Assembly (NCBI GenBank): GCA_964016885.1
Contig: CAXHJY010000214.1
Location: 52,823-116,822, forward strand
Direction of reading: 5' to 3'
DNA: 64,000 nt
Source of the DNA: Eledone cirrhosa
Lineage: Eukaryota
In this document: positions 47,395 through 64,000 of the stretch, piece after piece
Layout of the letters: each line of letters starts with the position of its first letter
Position numbering within the stretch: the first letter of the stretch is position 1
The notes under the pieces: model-generated
What the model was told of the DNA's origin: nothing
What the model saw: the letters and a program-made list of their open reading frames with translations, nothing else
The model's database searches: none
Position numbers and translations under genes: made by a program

Positions 47395-48705
47395 TTTCTC
47401 TTTCTCTTAATTTCGAGTATATTTTTTTGACCGGCCACCTTCCTGGTGGCAAGGTTGTAAAAGAAAAGAAATTGTCATCCCTTGAATCGCAAGAATGTTT
47501 TGCATATTTTGAAGGTGCCAGCTATCGCAGCCATTTGTAGACTATGAATTAGGGAGCTGCGCTTTTTGTCCGCAAATCCAAGTTCGGTCATACTTTGGTC
47601 CAAGCGGGTTGGTATATAACCCGTAGCACCAATAATGATGGGTATGAAGCTAAAGGTGTATCTTGGATACTGGATTTGTAAGCTCCTCATCAATGGTCCG
47701 TAGATGTCCTCCTTCTCCTGTATTTTTCTGACAACGTTTACATCAAGTGGGCAGCTGATCTCCACAACAGAACACGTTTTCAATGTGTGGTCCCAAACTA
47801 CAATATCAGGCCGGTTGTGCTTTAATTTGGTGGCAGTTTTTATTTTCAGGTTCCACCAGTATTCCTTAGTGCCATCTGTCTCAATATATTCTTCCTCGTT
47901 TGTTGTTAATTTTGTTTTCCGAAGTGCGTTCCAGATAGTTCTAGCTATCCCATCGTGTCTCATGGGGAGGTAGTAGCGAGATGACATTCTTTCACAGCTG
48001 GCAACAATGTGGCTTACATCCTCGATCTTTGTTTTACATAGCCTACATTTATTGTCAGCTGCTGGCCCTCCTCTTTTGTGCAGCAGATATTTGGTAGGGA
48101 GTTCTTGTTCCTGTATTGCATAGAGATATCCCTCAAGGTGTGATGTCATAAACTTGTCGGAACTCCATGCCAGGCTTTTTGAGTGGTTTATCCCCTCTAT
48201 GGTCTGTGTTTTACGCCTCAAGTATCCATGCACAACTTTCTCTGTAAATTGGTCAATTTTTTTTTCTTGTTTGAACATTGAATAGGATCTTCCGATTTCT
48301 CTGGGTGAGAGATTTATATCAGGCTTTATTCCATATCTCTCCTCCAGATCAGTCGCTATTCTAATGATATTTCTTTTTTCATGCTCATAAACCTGAGCAA
48401 GATGGTCGCCAACCTTTTTCCTCTGTTGAAGGTGTTGCTTCAGTGTTACTATCCGGGTCTCATATGTTGTTAATATTGATTTTAGACCCCGGCCACCTTC
48501 CTTGCGTGAGAAGTATAGCCTATCCACATCACCATTGATGTTAAAGTTCCCAGTAACACTGAGAAGTTTACGAGTTCTAACATCCATCTCACTTAGTTCT
48601 TGCAATGACCAGTTCAGTAGGCCAAATGTTGGCGTTAGAATTGGCACAGCATAAGTATTGTGGGCAATGTATTTGTTGTATGCTGACAGTTCTGATGACC
48701 ATATT
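47395..48705 (-). mobile_element. R4/Dong-like LINE 3' fragment with uninterrupted ORF
   Basis: DRLYFSRKEGGRGL, AIQEQEL, CRLC..SHIVASC, RHD, NRPDIVVWD, VVEISCP. The frame is open from about 48705 to 47475, and the 5' end abuts the TA array. Confidence 0.88.

Positions 48706-64000
<15,295 letters not shown>

Overview
This is AT-rich, repeat-dense eukaryotic DNA. The SINE/RTE/Penelope complement and the huge TA microsatellite suggest a cephalopod such as octopus (inference). The only host coding sequence is the 5' part of COG3 on the minus strand. I traced 13 GT-AG exons by hand from the ATG at 41798 to 1215 (1452 nt, 484 codons, all intron phases consistent); the gene continues past the left edge. 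Its introns hold two tRNA-derived SINE families, RTE LINEs, an R4/Dong-like LINE, a CRE-like fragment, Tc1/mariner remnants, a hAT MITE with an 8-bp TSD and a compound Penelope-like element (PLE). Upstream of COG3 (42.2-46.7 kb) is a nest of Merlin DNA transposon ends, a PLE fragment and a 604-bp foldback, then a probable non-coding first exon of a divergent plus-strand gene. From about 48.7 kb to the end is a 15-kb (TA)n/TATG array interrupted by a 600-bp RTE-derived element; the long Y/I/M/C/V ORFs there are artefacts. The most notable hidden signal is four minimal type-I hammerhead ribozyme motifs (3732, 20187, 25813, 47011). Three have an intact core, and two of these lie in the sense orientation of COG3 introns.
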